Positions 36,820 through 47,119 of a stretch of 56,122 bases of DNA are shown piece by piece; positions within the stretch are counted from its first letter, which is position 1, and every line of letters begins with the position of its first letter. The stretch spans positions 1 through 56,122 of the IMG/VR virus record IMGVR_UViG_3300027763_001745. One strand, given 5' to 3'. Under the pieces are notes generated by a model, which saw only the letters and a program-made list of their open reading frames with translations, was not told the origin of the DNA and did not search any database. The DNA is from a virus (taxonomy: Duplodnaviria > Caudoviricetes). The translations under genes were made by a program, and so were the position numbers.

Positions 36820-37991
36820 TTAAATTGCTCTTTAAATGCGTCATACTTTGAGCCGCATATTTTAGCACATTGTGCGCTTTTACCTTCTGCACAACTGGGT
36901 TTATTCCAAGATTCAGGAATAACTTTCTGAAAGAAATCTCCATGTACAATATCTTTAATGCTGTGATTTTTTGCATTGATATTGTCTAAACCAACTTCAT
37001 TGATATAATCCCAGATTTGAGCACCTTGTGGTTTAAAATACCAAATGTACATTTGACCAGCAGTCCAACAACAGGGCTGTATTACGCCTTCTGCTGTTAC
37101 ATATATATTCTTTTCTTTGGCTACTTTACAATCGATCACAGCTTCGTCCCATACTTTTTCCATGGGCTTTTTCTCACTGGGGTCTAAAGAAAACTTTTGC
37201 CGGCCTTGTATGCTGGATAAATTATCTAAACTGATGATATTATCTACAGTAACTGCATTGGTATTCTTAATATTAGCAACAGATGCAAGTTTATCTAATA
37301 CTCCATTTCTATATTTAGGATTTGTAGGAGCTTGTAACAAGGTAGTAGTTGTTTTACGATTTTGACTTTGATGTTCTTCTTTTACTGCACCCTGTGTATT
37401 GCTAAAGAAACGTGCTGACTTTTTAAATTGAAACTTTTCAAAACCCATGTCTTTACTTAATTGTTCTGCTGTTTCAACTTGATGTTCATTGTGTGCAAAT
37501 ACAATATAATCCCAACGTGCCCTGCCACCCTCAGCAATAAATGCCTGTACGTTTTCCATGATCTTAGGCCAAACTGTGCCTTGGCGATATAAATGATTTG
37601 TATCTTCTAATCCATCTAAGCCAAATATAATATAACCCTTTTTGCCAATTACTCTAGCAAGTTCTGCCCACCATTCTGGCTTCTTCATGCTGCCATTAGT
37701 ATGCATACTGAGATTGATATTTGGATTGTTTTCTCTAAAATACTTGAATACTTCTAATGTGTCTTTGGCCACAGCAGGATCGCCATAATTGCCACACATG
37801 TATACACGTTTTAATTGTTTAACAAAATCAATGGGAAACATTTTTTGTATATCATCTATATACAATTCTCTGTTATGTAAGAATGGATTAACTGCGCCAC
37901 CATTTAAATTACGAGCGCACATGGGACAGCTAGCATTACATGCTTCTGTCATTTCTAAATGTACAACTTCAATCTCGTTGTAATTATACAC
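36816..37991 (-). CDS. Radical SAM enzyme with C-terminal twitch/SPASM
   Basis: CNASCPMC, CGNYGDP, QPCC, CAKIC; likely GTG start at 37991 after AGGAG. Confidence 0.9.
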   Translation of the reverse strand: MYNYNEIEVVHLEMTEACNASCPMCARNLNGGAVNPFLHNRELYIDDIQKMFPIDFVKQLKRVYMCGNYGDPAVAKDTLEVFKYFRENNPNINLSMHTNGSMKKPEWWAELARVIGKKGYIIFGLDGLEDTNHLYRQGTVWPKIMENVQAFIAEGGRARWDYIVFAHNEHQVETAEQLSKDMGFEKFQFKKSARFFSNTQGAVKEEHQSQNRKTTTTLLQAPTNPKYRNGVLDKLASVANIKNTNAVTVDNIISLDNLSSIQGRQKFSLDPSEKKPMEKVWDEAVIDCKVAKEKNIYVTAEGVIQPCCWTAGQMYIWYFKPQGAQIWDYINEVGLDNINAKNHSIKDIVHGDFFQKVIPESWNKPSCAEGKSAQCAKICGSKYDAFKEQFN

Positions 37992-38658
37992 CAATCCACT
38001 CCTTGAACTTAGAATCCAACCAAGCAAAGTTATTTACTAAATTAAAATCTGCATCTACACCATTAGCATAAGCAACACCCTGTCTGGCACCTTGTATAGC
38101 AAAGTAACCATACTGTGTTTCATTGCCTGCTTCACACCACATAGTCAAGCGTTCCTTTGTTTCAGTGTCATTGTTGTTTTTATTAACACCTGCACTGAGT
38201 TTAACTGCCTCACGAAAAGCTGTGCGCCATGTAGCATAAGCACTATAATTAAATCTATGTTCGCTGGCTAGGATATTTAATTTGATATAATGATCTGCCA
38301 GTGTAGTAGTCATATCAGGACGATCTAATCGTTCTGCACTAAAACAATCTTTACTGAATAATTTAATACCACCATGGCCGTAGACTAGTCCGTTAATGGG
38401 ATTCTTTGCTCTAAATACTGCCACGCTTTTAGGTTTTAGTTCAATTTGTTTATCAAAGTTAAAACTATCAACAATCCAACAATCAGCATCTACTACATAA
38501 AATCTATCACCATCACACAAACTTGCAATATGTTTATGACTTTCAAATATCGTACCAATACTTTTAACTGTTACTGCATGACTGGCTTTAGATTGTAGTC
38601 TAGCAAAATTTTCTTCGGCGTTTGTTTCGTCGTTGTATAGAAAGTAAATAGGTATCAT
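37984..38658 (-). CDS. Glycosyltransferase-like (GT-A, DxD) protein, paralog 1
   Basis: VVDADC, NGLVYGHGGIKLF, WRTAFREAVKL; TAAATA-N5-ATG start. Confidence 0.6.
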   Translation of the reverse strand: MIPIYFLYNDETNAEENFARLQSKASHAVTVKSIGTIFESHKHIASLCDGDRFYVVDADCWIVDSFNFDKQIELKPKSVAVFRAKNPINGLVYGHGGIKLFSKDCFSAERLDRPDMTTTLADHYIKLNILASEHRFNYSAYATWRTAFREAVKLSAGVNKNNNDTETKERLTMWCEAGNETQYGYFAIQGARQGVAYANGVDADFNLVNNFAWLDSKFKEWIGV

Positions 38659-38659
38659 A

Positions 38660-39655
38660 TTAATATTTAGGTAACGTAAATCCAAACAATGGCAATGCGC
38701 TGTGATTCAACATTGCTGGCCAGCCAAAGTTCTTGGGAGGGTTGATATTAACATGTTTAAACCAACGACTTTGATCGCTGTCTAATTCAACCAATGGTAG
38801 GTTTAATTTTTCAATCAATGTTTTCATAACTCTATTGCTGTCTTCATCGGGATTTTTAGTACATTCTTCAATGTCCTTCCAATATGCATTAAACCAATCA
38901 TAGTCGGAAATAACACTTTGATCAAAGTTATTAATGTAAAGATTGTAGGCACCTAAACGTGCGCCATAAATTGCCCAATCACCATTGTCCACATCTCTGC
39001 CAATAGTCATCCAAGTTAACCAACGTGCATAGTTACCTGGATACATTTTGTGATTAAAGTCTTCCACTGGTACTTTATGTCCTTGGTCAAGACCCATTTT
39101 AACACCTTCACGAAATCCTGCTCTAAATGCTTGATAAGGAGTGGCATTATTCATAACAGTGCCGTAGGTATTATTCATTTGCTTGTAATTTTCAAAATCC
39201 CAGCAAAAGTCTACATTATTGTTATCATCGTCTTTATCTGCGGCTTCGTGTGTTTTCATTGCTTTAACATAAGGCGCATACCATAGTTTAATGCCACCAT
39301 TACCATAGACTAAACCATTGACAATATTGCGACTACTCCAACTGAATGTTGATGTTAAATCTGCTTTTTCAATGTCTAAGTTTTGTTTCCAGATAGCTGG
39401 ATTGACTTGACAATCAGCATCTATGGTGAAAAATCTATTGTCCACAGCATGTTCTGCACAGGCTTTGTGTGCGGCATCAAAGCCTTTAACTCCATGAACA
39501 CGTTTGACTAAACTGGGATTAGGATGTCCTGCTTTTAGTAATTCAAAGTTTTCATCTGCGTTGGGTTCATCAAAGCTAAGAAATACTGCCGGTATGTCTT
39601 TTAGCTTAAGAGTAGTATTAGTATTTTTAATGTTTATAGAATTTATCAAACTCAT
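38660..39655 (-). CDS. Glycosyltransferase-like (GT-A, DxD) protein, paralog 2
   Basis: FLSFDEPNA, TIDADC, NGLVYGNGGIKLW, FRAGFREGVKM. Confidence 0.6.
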   Translation of the reverse strand: MSLINSINIKNTNTTLKLKDIPAVFLSFDEPNADENFELLKAGHPNPSLVKRVHGVKGFDAAHKACAEHAVDNRFFTIDADCQVNPAIWKQNLDIEKADLTSTFSWSSRNIVNGLVYGNGGIKLWYAPYVKAMKTHEAADKDDDNNNVDFCWDFENYKQMNNTYGTVMNNATPYQAFRAGFREGVKMGLDQGHKVPVEDFNHKMYPGNYARWLTWMTIGRDVDNGDWAIYGARLGAYNLYINNFDQSVISDYDWFNAYWKDIEECTKNPDEDSNRVMKTLIEKLNLPLVELDSDQSRWFKHVNINPPKNFGWPAMLNHSALPLFGFTLPKY

Positions 39656-41996
39656 TTTTCATCCATTCATAATTGTTAATTAATTTTAATGCATCTAGAT
39701 TATTGAAATTATCCAATCCATATTGCTTGCCTAAGGCAGCGCCATGTAGCGCATATTCTCCATAGCGTCTATCTTTACCCACCGTGGTCCATACACGCAA
39801 TCTTTCTTCTGTTTCGGCGTGTGTAGTTGTACCTTGGTATAAACTAGAACTTAATTTAGCACATTCTCTAAAAGCACTGCGCCAAGTGCCAAATTCATCA
39901 GAGTTAAAACTTGTAACATTACTGACTTTGTTAATATATTTCAGTTTACCTAATCCTGTGGTCAAGTCCACTTTCCATGTTTCTGCATCTAATAGTAGTT
40001 TGCGTGGAAATAATTTAACTCCGCCCCATCCGTATTCTAAATCATTAATAGGATTGATACTGGTCCATAAGTGTACACAGTCTAAATCAAATACGTTTGG
40101 CTTGTAATCAAATTTCCAATTGTCAACTAATTCAGCATCACCATCAACTACATAGAACATATCAGTGGTGGCAATTTCTGCGGCACGTTTGTGTGCTTCA
40201 AAAATACCTTTAACATTCTTAACACGTTTAGCATTAGGGAATATTTCTAACACACGATACCAGTTGGCTTCTGCATTGGGTTCGTTATAGCTAATAAACA
40301 CTACGTCAAAGTCTTTGTATACAACACCAATATTGCCCACTACAGTTGTTCCAAGACTAACATTATTAGGAACAATCTTAGCCGCCCAAATTTGTTCATG
40401 GTCTGTATGTAAACTATTATCCAGCATCCATACATGCTCGTAGTTCAAATCATAGTAAGGTATTTGATCATTTATGTAATAGTCTAAATGTGCAGGAATG
40501 TCTGGATTAAGTTCCACTTGTGGCATAATATAGCCCATGTGTTTGACGCCACTTGCATTGGGATTGTCAGGATTAACAATTTTAGCCACCCATACGTTGT
40601 CATCCCCTGGATTGAATCTCTTATCAAGATACCATATGTGTGTATAGTTCAAATCATAGTATGGTATGTTGTCTGTTATAGCCCATGCTACATCTGGTAT
40701 GTCTGGATTAAATTCCATTTTGGGAGAAACATGACCCATGTGTTTAACACCCAACTCATTAGGGTTGACAATTTTAGCCAACCATACATCGTCTTCATTT
40801 GGATTAAATTGAGGATCTAAATACCATATGTGTGTATAATTTAATTCATAGTAGGGAATAGAATCATTAATATTCCATGCAATTTTTGGAATATCTGGAT
40901 TAAATATAAATTCTGGACTAGCATAGCCCATTTCTAAATAACCAGGATTCTCTTCTTTAGATAGAATTTTAATTGCCCAAATGTTTTCACCAATGGGATT
41001 AAACTTAGGATCCAAGTACCAAACCAAATTATCTTTTAAATTATAGTAGGGTATGTTTGTATCAAATACTAGATTAACATCTGGTATTTCTGGATTACGA
41101 ATAATATTAAGTATGGGACTAACATAGCCCATGTTCTTGACACCTGCATCTGGTTCTGAACTATCTATTCGTAATGCCCAAATTTTATCTTCAAATGAAT
41201 TAAATTTAGGGTCTAAATACCAAACTAAATTGTTTTGTAATTCGTAGTAGGGAACAACGTCATTTAATAATAAATCTGCAGGAATTTCAGGATTTTGTTT
41301 TATCACTGGACTTATATAACCCATGTCTTTAATTCCCAGTGAGTTTTCAAATGAAGGTTTAATTCTAGCGGCCCAAATTTTATCTTCAAATGAATTAAAT
41401 TGAGGATCTAAATACCAAACATATTCATAGTTAATTTTACCAGATGGTATTTCAAAGTCAACAAAATTAGCAACAGGAATATTTGGATTAAAGGTTATAG
41501 CAGTGGGTTGATATTCTACCTTGGGGGTTATGTAACCCATGTCCTTGGTACCCTGTGTGTTATTATAGTTGACTCGAGCTCGAACTGCCCATATTTTATC
41601 TTCAACAGGAACAAAATCTGGATCTAAATACCAAACATGTTCTGCGTTAGCATCTTCGATGTTAATTTTAAAATCAACATCATAATCTGTGAAATTAACA
41701 TCTGGATTGAATTCTATGGTTTGTTCTAAATCTAATTCACAGGGAATAAAGTGCCATCCATATGTCCAGTTGGCTTTGAACTTTTTAATTAACCATAAAT
41801 TGTCAATGCTCCATACGATACATTTATCGCTGGTAACTGCGTCAACATCAATGTAATCTAAGATCCATTCATACTTAGGATTTACAATTACAAATTCATC
41901 ATGAGAACTACCTAAGGCATGTAATCGTTGATCAAATGTATCTGGATCTTGTTCCCACGTTACTTGTTCTACAATACTTTTATCTATTTTAATCAT
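39627..41996 (-). CDS. Glycosyltransferase-like paralog 3 with seven tandem ~65-aa N-terminal repeats
   Basis: C-terminal FISYNEPNA, VVDGDA, YGWGGVKLF, WRSAFRECAKL; repeats NP.IP..WYLDP..IWA..MGY. Confidence 0.65.
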   Translation of the reverse strand: MIKIDKSIVEQVTWEQDPDTFDQRLHALGSSHDEFVIVNPKYEWILDYIDVDAVTSDKCIVWSIDNLWLIKKFKANWTYGWHFIPCELDLEQTIEFNPDVNFTDYDVDFKINIEDANAEHVWYLDPDFVPVEDKIWAVRARVNYNNTQGTKDMGYITPKVEYQPTAITFNPNIPVANFVDFEIPSGKINYEYVWYLDPQFNSFEDKIWAARIKPSFENSLGIKDMGYISPVIKQNPEIPADLLLNDVVPYYELQNNLVWYLDPKFNSFEDKIWALRIDSSEPDAGVKNMGYVSPILNIIRNPEIPDVNLVFDTNIPYYNLKDNLVWYLDPKFNPIGENIWAIKILSKEENPGYLEMGYASPEFIFNPDIPKIAWNINDSIPYYELNYTHIWYLDPQFNPNEDDVWLAKIVNPNELGVKHMGHVSPKMEFNPDIPDVAWAITDNIPYYDLNYTHIWYLDKRFNPGDDNVWVAKIVNPDNPNASGVKHMGYIMPQVELNPDIPAHLDYYINDQIPYYDLNYEHVWMLDNSLHTDHEQIWAAKIVPNNVSLGTTVVGNIGVVYKDFDVVFISYNEPNAEANWYRVLEIFPNAKRVKNVKGIFEAHKRAAEIATTDMFYVVDGDAELVDNWKFDYKPNVFDLDCVHLWTSINPINDLEYGWGGVKLFPRKLLLDAETWKVDLTTGLGKLKYINKVSNVTSFNSDEFGTWRSAFRECAKLSSSLYQGTTTHAETEERLRVWTTVGKDRRYGEYALHGAALGKQYGLDNFNNLDALKLINNYEWMKNEFDKFYKH
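40330..41715 (-). repeat. Seven degenerate ~62-70 aa protein repeats (boundaries approximate)
   Basis: Units start FNPDV, FNPNI, QNPEI, RNPEI, FNPDI, FNPDI, LNPDI. Confidence 0.85.
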
Positions 41997-43465
41997 GTTA
42001 TTACAGGAACATTATACTTTGTATAAAATGCTTTTGCATCCTCTATATTATTAACCATTGGCTGACCTTTGATATTCAAGCTGGTGTTTAGTAGCATTGG
42101 ACAACCGGTGAGGCTGTGCCAATCTTCGAGAAGTTTTCTAAAACCAGGACTATCATTCTTGCTAACAGTTTGTACACGGCTAGTGCCGTCTTTGTGTATT
42201 ATAGCAGGAAAGTTCTCTGGTTGTCTACACTTTGCAACAAATTGCATGAAAGGACTGGCGGTTATGTTTACCGGCATTTCAAAATATTCATGCACATATT
42301 CTTCCAAAATAGCAGGAGCAAATGGACGGAACTGTTGTCTACGTTTAATAGCGTTTACGGTATCTTTGATTTCAGGTCCACGTGGGTCGGCCAATAAACT
42401 GCGGTGGCCCAGTGCCCTAGGGCCAAATTCTGCACGTCCAGTGGCAACACCCACAATTTTATCTTTTGTAAGAATGTCAATAGTTTCTTCAACTGGATAC
42501 TCCCCGCCCATGTTCGTGCCAAGATATGCACCTGGCCAATTAACTTGCTCGCCAAAAAATGCGGCAACTGATCCTACGCTACTACCAGCATCACCAGGAT
42601 TTGGCATGATCCAAACTCGTTCCCAGTCTCCTGTGATCTCGCTGTTGGCCACACAATTTAATGCACATCCGCCCATTAGTACAATATTCTTACTGGGTAA
42701 ATTTGCTCTAGCCCACTTACTAATACCTTGTAATATTTCAGTGTACACTTGTTGAGTAGCGGCAGCCAAATCAAATGAATCTTGTTCACTGAGTAAATCT
42801 AAACGCCAATCTGGACAGCCGCGATGTAAGTTGCGTTTGAACTTGATTTCGGGTCCGTTGATTACAGAGAAGAAATCATTGTATATGTCTGCTTTATATT
42901 TGTTAGGATCACCATAAGCTGCCATGCCCATTAAAATGTATTCTTCTTCATTAGGCTTTAGTCCAATACGCTGTGTCATTGAGCTAAACCAAAGTCCAAC
43001 ACTATCAGGATATCCTTGTGTATAAACTTTCTTTAAATCATTGCCTGACCCTTGCCATACTGTTAATGTTTCGAATTCACCAATGCTGTCAATAACAACA
43101 ACTGTGGCATCGCTTAATCCACTGGTATAATAGCCAGCGGCTGCATGACTTTTATGATGTTCGCCAATGACCAACGGTTGATTTAGATTATATTTTGCTA
43201 GATATGATTTGACATCATTTTCTTTTGTTCTATCACCTTGACCTGCTGAAAATTGTCTAGCAGTTTTTAAGTCTGGATTTTCATACCAAACGATTAAATC
43301 TGGTTTTCCATGTTGTTCAGCATCTTCTATAATGCCGGCGCATAAGTCTCCGTCGTTTTTAATTCCAGAGTATCTTTCGCTGTGAGCTGCAAATTGTAAT
43401 TGTTTATCATGCCAAACTGATACGGCAGCATCGTGACTGTTGGCACTAATTCCCCAAATGTTCAT
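41993..43465 (-). CDS. Carbamoyltransferase (NodU/CmcH/TobZ family)
   Basis: HDAA, EHHKSHAAAGYY, MGMAAYG, GGCALNC, EFGPRALGHRS, RPFAP, NTSLN. Confidence 0.93.
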   Translation of the reverse strand: MNIWGISANSHDAAVSVWHDKQLQFAAHSERYSGIKNDGDLCAGIIEDAEQHGKPDLIVWYENPDLKTARQFSAGQGDRTKENDVKSYLAKYNLNQPLVIGEHHKSHAAAGYYTSGLSDATVVVIDSIGEFETLTVWQGSGNDLKKVYTQGYPDSVGLWFSSMTQRIGLKPNEEEYILMGMAAYGDPNKYKADIYNDFFSVINGPEIKFKRNLHRGCPDWRLDLLSEQDSFDLAAATQQVYTEILQGISKWARANLPSKNIVLMGGCALNCVANSEITGDWERVWIMPNPGDAGSSVGSVAAFFGEQVNWPGAYLGTNMGGEYPVEETIDILTKDKIVGVATGRAEFGPRALGHRSLLADPRGPEIKDTVNAIKRRQQFRPFAPAILEEYVHEYFEMPVNITASPFMQFVAKCRQPENFPAIIHKDGTSRVQTVSKNDSPGFRKLLEDWHSLTGCPMLLNTSLNIKGQPMVNNIEDAKAFYTKYNVPVIT

Positions 43466-44532
43466 CGGTATATAAATGGATCTCGTTTGCGTAGTTCTTC
43501 TAAGCGTTGTTTTAATTTAAGTTGAAATGCTTCTTCTCGTTTTCTAGGTTCTACATATAAATTTAACGTAGTCGAGATTTGTACATTCAATTGTTGCGTA
43601 AATGCCTGATAATCAATGACAGAGATGATATCTCTGTACTCATTGCTGTTAAAACAATAATGACCACTGACACTTACCGCAATATCTTTATCTGTGACAC
43701 CAGGGCTGACCCAACGTTGCCAGTAGTTTTGAGCATAAACATAATCACTGAACTTTTCCCATAAATCTGCAGGAGCAAACTCTTTAAGTAAATCAGTTTG
43801 TTGTTTACCTAACTGTGGAGCAATATTTAAACTATCAATGCCTGCATTAAGTCTTTGCTGTACATCGCTGGTATTAAAATAATCAGCATTGTGCTCTTTG
43901 AATAAAAATCCAGCATTGTGAATTTGTTCTCCAATTTTTTTATTTCTTTCAACGTCAAAATTACCTACTTGGTTGTCTTTAGTTAAACTACCGGTTTGAC
44001 TAACAAAGAAAACAACATTATTCTTATATTGTTCTAAGAATTCTAATTGACTTTCAATGCGTCCAATACTGCTGTTAATATCTACACCAGTATTATCTTC
44101 ACTGCCAAATTCTAATTTGATATCTGGATTCAAATTTAATGTATAATCAATCAATTCTTTTGCATAATCTAATTGACATTCTTTAATTCTACTTACATCA
44201 ATGTGAATTAATTTAAATCCGGCTGCAACATCAGCGTCAATGGTTTTTTTGCAACGAATGATTGCTTGATCAACTGTTAGTCCTCGATCTAAATCACTGA
44301 AATATGGACCGCAATGATCTCTGCATATTGCTATCAATTCAGTTTGTTCTGTTGGCATGGAATTGATTTGTTCTACTAATTCTGAAGTAGTACATACATA
44401 ACCAGAATCATAGTCTACTTGATTTCGGCTGGCAATTATCATTAATGGTTCTTTATTGTAAAAAGAATAATTAACAAGTACTTTAATTATTTCTTTACTC
44501 ATTGGGCCTGCGCCTATTTTAAATTGTTTCAT
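43462..44532 (-). CDS. GatZ/KbaZ-like (tagatose-phosphate aldolase subunit/epimerase family) TIM-barrel protein
   Basis: IASRNQVD..GY, RDHCGP, GF..IHID, E.GSE, KEHNADY, NIAP. Confidence 0.75.
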   Translation of the reverse strand: MKQFKIGAGPMSKEIIKVLVNYSFYNKEPLMIIASRNQVDYDSGYVCTTSELVEQINSMPTEQTELIAICRDHCGPYFSDLDRGLTVDQAIIRCKKTIDADVAAGFKLIHIDVSRIKECQLDYAKELIDYTLNLNPDIKLEFGSEDNTGVDINSSIGRIESQLEFLEQYKNNVVFFVSQTGSLTKDNQVGNFDVERNKKIGEQIHNAGFLFKEHNADYFNTSDVQQRLNAGIDSLNIAPQLGKQQTDLLKEFAPADLWEKFSDYVYAQNYWQRWVSPGVTDKDIAVSVSGHYCFNSNEYRDIISVIDYQAFTQQLNVQISTTLNLYVEPRKREEAFQLKLKQRLEELRKRDPFIYR

Positions 44533-45259
44533 GTTGTTTGCTTTCTATTACATCGTATACATTAGGATCTGGTTTAATTCCTGTATAAATTTCAAATTGT
44601 TTTAAGAATTGACTTCGATAAAATTCACGTCCAGATATATATTTAATGTTGTAATTCTGACATTGTTGTTTTAATTCGTTGTTTTTGATTGCCAAATCTA
44701 TTACTAAACGTGTGTTTGGTGGAATTTGTCCTAACTTATATGGACTTTCTTCTGTGCTTGTTCCCAATGCTGTGCAGTTGATTACAACATCTGCGGGTTT
44801 ATACCGTTCTTTCCATGTAGCTAAACTTCTTGTACATACATTTAAATTATCGTAGTGACTGTGTTCCAAATATTTAATAAACATAGAACCAATTGCACCT
44901 GCACCAAGTATAGTAATTTGATCGCTGGGCAAAATAGATTTTGTAACATGTTCAACTCCAGCCAAATCAGCGTTGTAACCATTCAGCGAATCTTTTTCTA
45001 CTTTGATCGTATTACAACTATTATATAATTCTACATAAGCATTTTTATAATTTAACAGCGAAATTACTTTTTGTTTAAATGGCATGCTGATACTAATGCC
45101 AGATACTTGTTCGTTTAAGGCTTGTCTAACTCCATCTTCAATATTGTCGCAACTCCGTGGCTCATAGATCGCATCTATATTGTAATATTTAAAAAATTCT
45201 GAATAAAAATATTGTCCTGTTTTTCCTGGATATTTGCTTAAACTTATATATTTTTTCAT
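44519..45259 (-). CDS. Shikimate dehydrogenase-like oxidoreductase
   Basis: SISMPFK, CNTI, YNAD..G, LGAGAIG, INCTALG, QF..YTG. Confidence 0.8.
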   Translation of the reverse strand: MKKYISLSKYPGKTGQYFYSEFFKYYNIDAIYEPRSCDNIEDGVRQALNEQVSGISISMPFKQKVISLLNYKNAYVELYNSCNTIKVEKDSLNGYNADLAGVEHVTKSILPSDQITILGAGAIGSMFIKYLEHSHYDNLNVCTRSLATWKERYKPADVVINCTALGTSTEESPYKLGQIPPNTRLVIDLAIKNNELKQQCQNYNIKYISGREFYRSQFLKQFEIYTGIKPDPNVYDVIESKQHETI

Positions 45260-45594
45260 TGCTTGTATGCTCTTATTTCTCTGATCTTATCATCTTGATC
45301 AAAGTCTATAACATCTATTACTGGTATTGATATTTTATCATCTAATATAACTTTAATTTCTGCTATAACAGTATTATGTCCTATGGCAATTTTATCAATG
45401 TCTATTCGAATATTTCCTAATTGAGAAAACAATTTTTGATTAAATGCCAATACATTTTCTCTACCAATCATTTGTCCTTCCCAATCAGTTAGTATTACAT
45501 TTTCAGCAAACATTGTTTCTAGACTAGCCAAGTCCTTTTCACTAAAGGCTTTTAAGTATAGCATGGCAATTTGACTTTGTGTGGCTTTACCCAT
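45256..45594 (-). CDS. NTF2/SnoaL-like protein
   Basis: YL.AF..KD...L..MFA...GRE.V...VIDF...KI; likely start MGKATQ. Confidence 0.75.
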   Translation of the reverse strand: MGKATQSQIAMLYLKAFSEKDLASLETMFAENVILTDWEGQMIGRENVLAFNQKLFSQLGNIRIDIDKIAIGHNTVIAEIKVILDDKISIPVIDVIDFDQDDKIREIRAYKQ

Positions 45595-47119
45595 GATCCA
45601 ACTCCGCAAATAATTTAATTCCTAGATACCATAAGAACAAGTCGAATGGTGCTGTGTGTAAAGGACTCATGTTCCAAAATATTATTGGTACTAATTGTTG
45701 TACCTTATTGTAATCTAAATTATTATCCAGTATATACTTCTTTAATCGTTGCTGATATACTGTTATATGATCTACATTTGGAATACTCAATGTTACGCTG
45801 CCATTATCTATTTCTATGTTAAAATTATGATTCTTAATGTTAGCATAGTTGATGATTAGCCCACCTGCCATTTTAGCTAGATCATAATAGATATCACCAT
45901 ACTCCACTAAGCCTGCAAACTCATGTCGCCAATCTATGATCTTAAACTCACCACTGTCACTGACAACAATGTTATCAAACTGCAAATCACCATGCAGGAA
46001 TCCTGGACGTGTGATCTGTGCAAAATATTCCCAGTCTATTTTATTTAGATAGTAACTATAATCTTTGACTTTAACATTGTCAATGTTAGTAACATTTTCT
46101 ATGTTAGGATATTTTTCTAAAAACTTATTAATACGTGACAGTGATTTTGTTTTATAGAATTCAATGCTGACATTGTATATATCAGCATCTACGTCTTTCC
46201 ATACATTAGTTTCCAGCCAATCTAGTAATTCATTAAACGCCACTGGGTTATTAAACTCATAGAGTGTTTTGCCTGGAAAGAAATCATAGGCCATATAGTT
46301 ACCACTATGCGTACAGTTATCGGGGAAGACATGCGGATTGACTAATACTTTGTCATATTTCTTTTTAGCAACTGTACTATCCAGCCACCATTTAACTACA
46401 CGATTGTTGCAGATATACGTTACTTCGTCTTTCTTTGTAAAGTCAAATTTTTGGCTTTTACTTAATTCAGTTTGATATATTGTGGGACTTCCAAAGTCTA
46501 ACCATGTATTAAGATTAGCAGTATCGCTGCCTAATTTAATAATACCAATAAATTCATTGCTGTTACTATGTTCTAAGTCTGCAAAGAATGTTGTATAATC
46601 ATTAATATACATTAGTCCAGTAAATGCCGCCCAGGTCACAGGAGTAGTTTCTTTGAATTTAATTTCTTGTATATGAAAACTATTGTTTTTATTAAACATT
46701 GTATAAAGATGTGTATCTTGTTCTGGCACTGTTTTAACAAAATAACAATCTTTGTTTCTAACTAGATCCACCACTGATTGATCAAAGTAAGTGTCACAAG
46801 GAACATACCAAAATGGTGAGTTGATTATATTTTGGCATTGTAATAAAGTATAACCTGTTCCAGACTTCTCACTGGTCCAATCATCTATTTCTATAAATTC
46901 AATGTCTCTATCAGCATAAGCTACTTTACAGAAATCTATAATTTGTTGTTTAAGATAACCCACAGGTATAATAAACTTACTTTCTTTTGGAAAGTTATCA
47001 ATGATATGTGCCAACACTGGCTTGTCCTTATAAGGCAACAATGCTTTATTAAGGTTTTTAGTGTAGTTACCCATTCTGCTGCCCAGGCCAGCTGTGGGTA
47101 TGATAACAGTATTAATCAT
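45587..47119 (-). CDS. Nucleotidyltransferase fused to an APH/choline-kinase-like phosphotransferase
   Basis: PTAGLGSRM..NKALL, W.DFG; C-terminal HGDLQFDN, IDWR, YYDLAK; start 47119. Confidence 0.85.
   Translation of the reverse strand: MINTVIIPTAGLGSRMGNYTKNLNKALLPYKDKPVLAHIIDNFPKESKFIIPVGYLKQQIIDFCKVAYADRDIEFIEIDDWTSEKSGTGYTLLQCQNIINSPFWYVPCDTYFDQSVVDLVRNKDCYFVKTVPEQDTHLYTMFNKNNSFHIQEIKFKETTPVTWAAFTGLMYINDYTTFFADLEHSNSNEFIGIIKLGSDTANLNTWLDFGSPTIYQTELSKSQKFDFTKKDEVTYICNNRVVKWWLDSTVAKKKYDKVLVNPHVFPDNCTHSGNYMAYDFFPGKTLYEFNNPVAFNELLDWLETNVWKDVDADIYNVSIEFYKTKSLSRINKFLEKYPNIENVTNIDNVKVKDYSYYLNKIDWEYFAQITRPGFLHGDLQFDNIVVSDSGEFKIIDWRHEFAGLVEYGDIYYDLAKMAGGLIINYANIKNHNFNIEIDNGSVTLSIPNVDHITVYQQRLKKYILDNNLDYNKVQQLVPIIFWNMSPLHTAPFDLFLWYLGIKLFAELDHG

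Noticed and set aside
42069-42755. 228-aa + strand ORF, and similar antisense ORFs (15660-16142, 36150-36605, 55471-55782)
   Set aside because: Fully nested opposite well-supported genes; composition typical of shadow frames.
44519-45259. Bacterial chromosomal origin suggested by metK, aroE-like, folE and thyX
   Set aside because: T4-type RNase H, late TATAAATA promoters, early promoter cassettes and many small orphans indicate a phage; no normal bacterial operon context.
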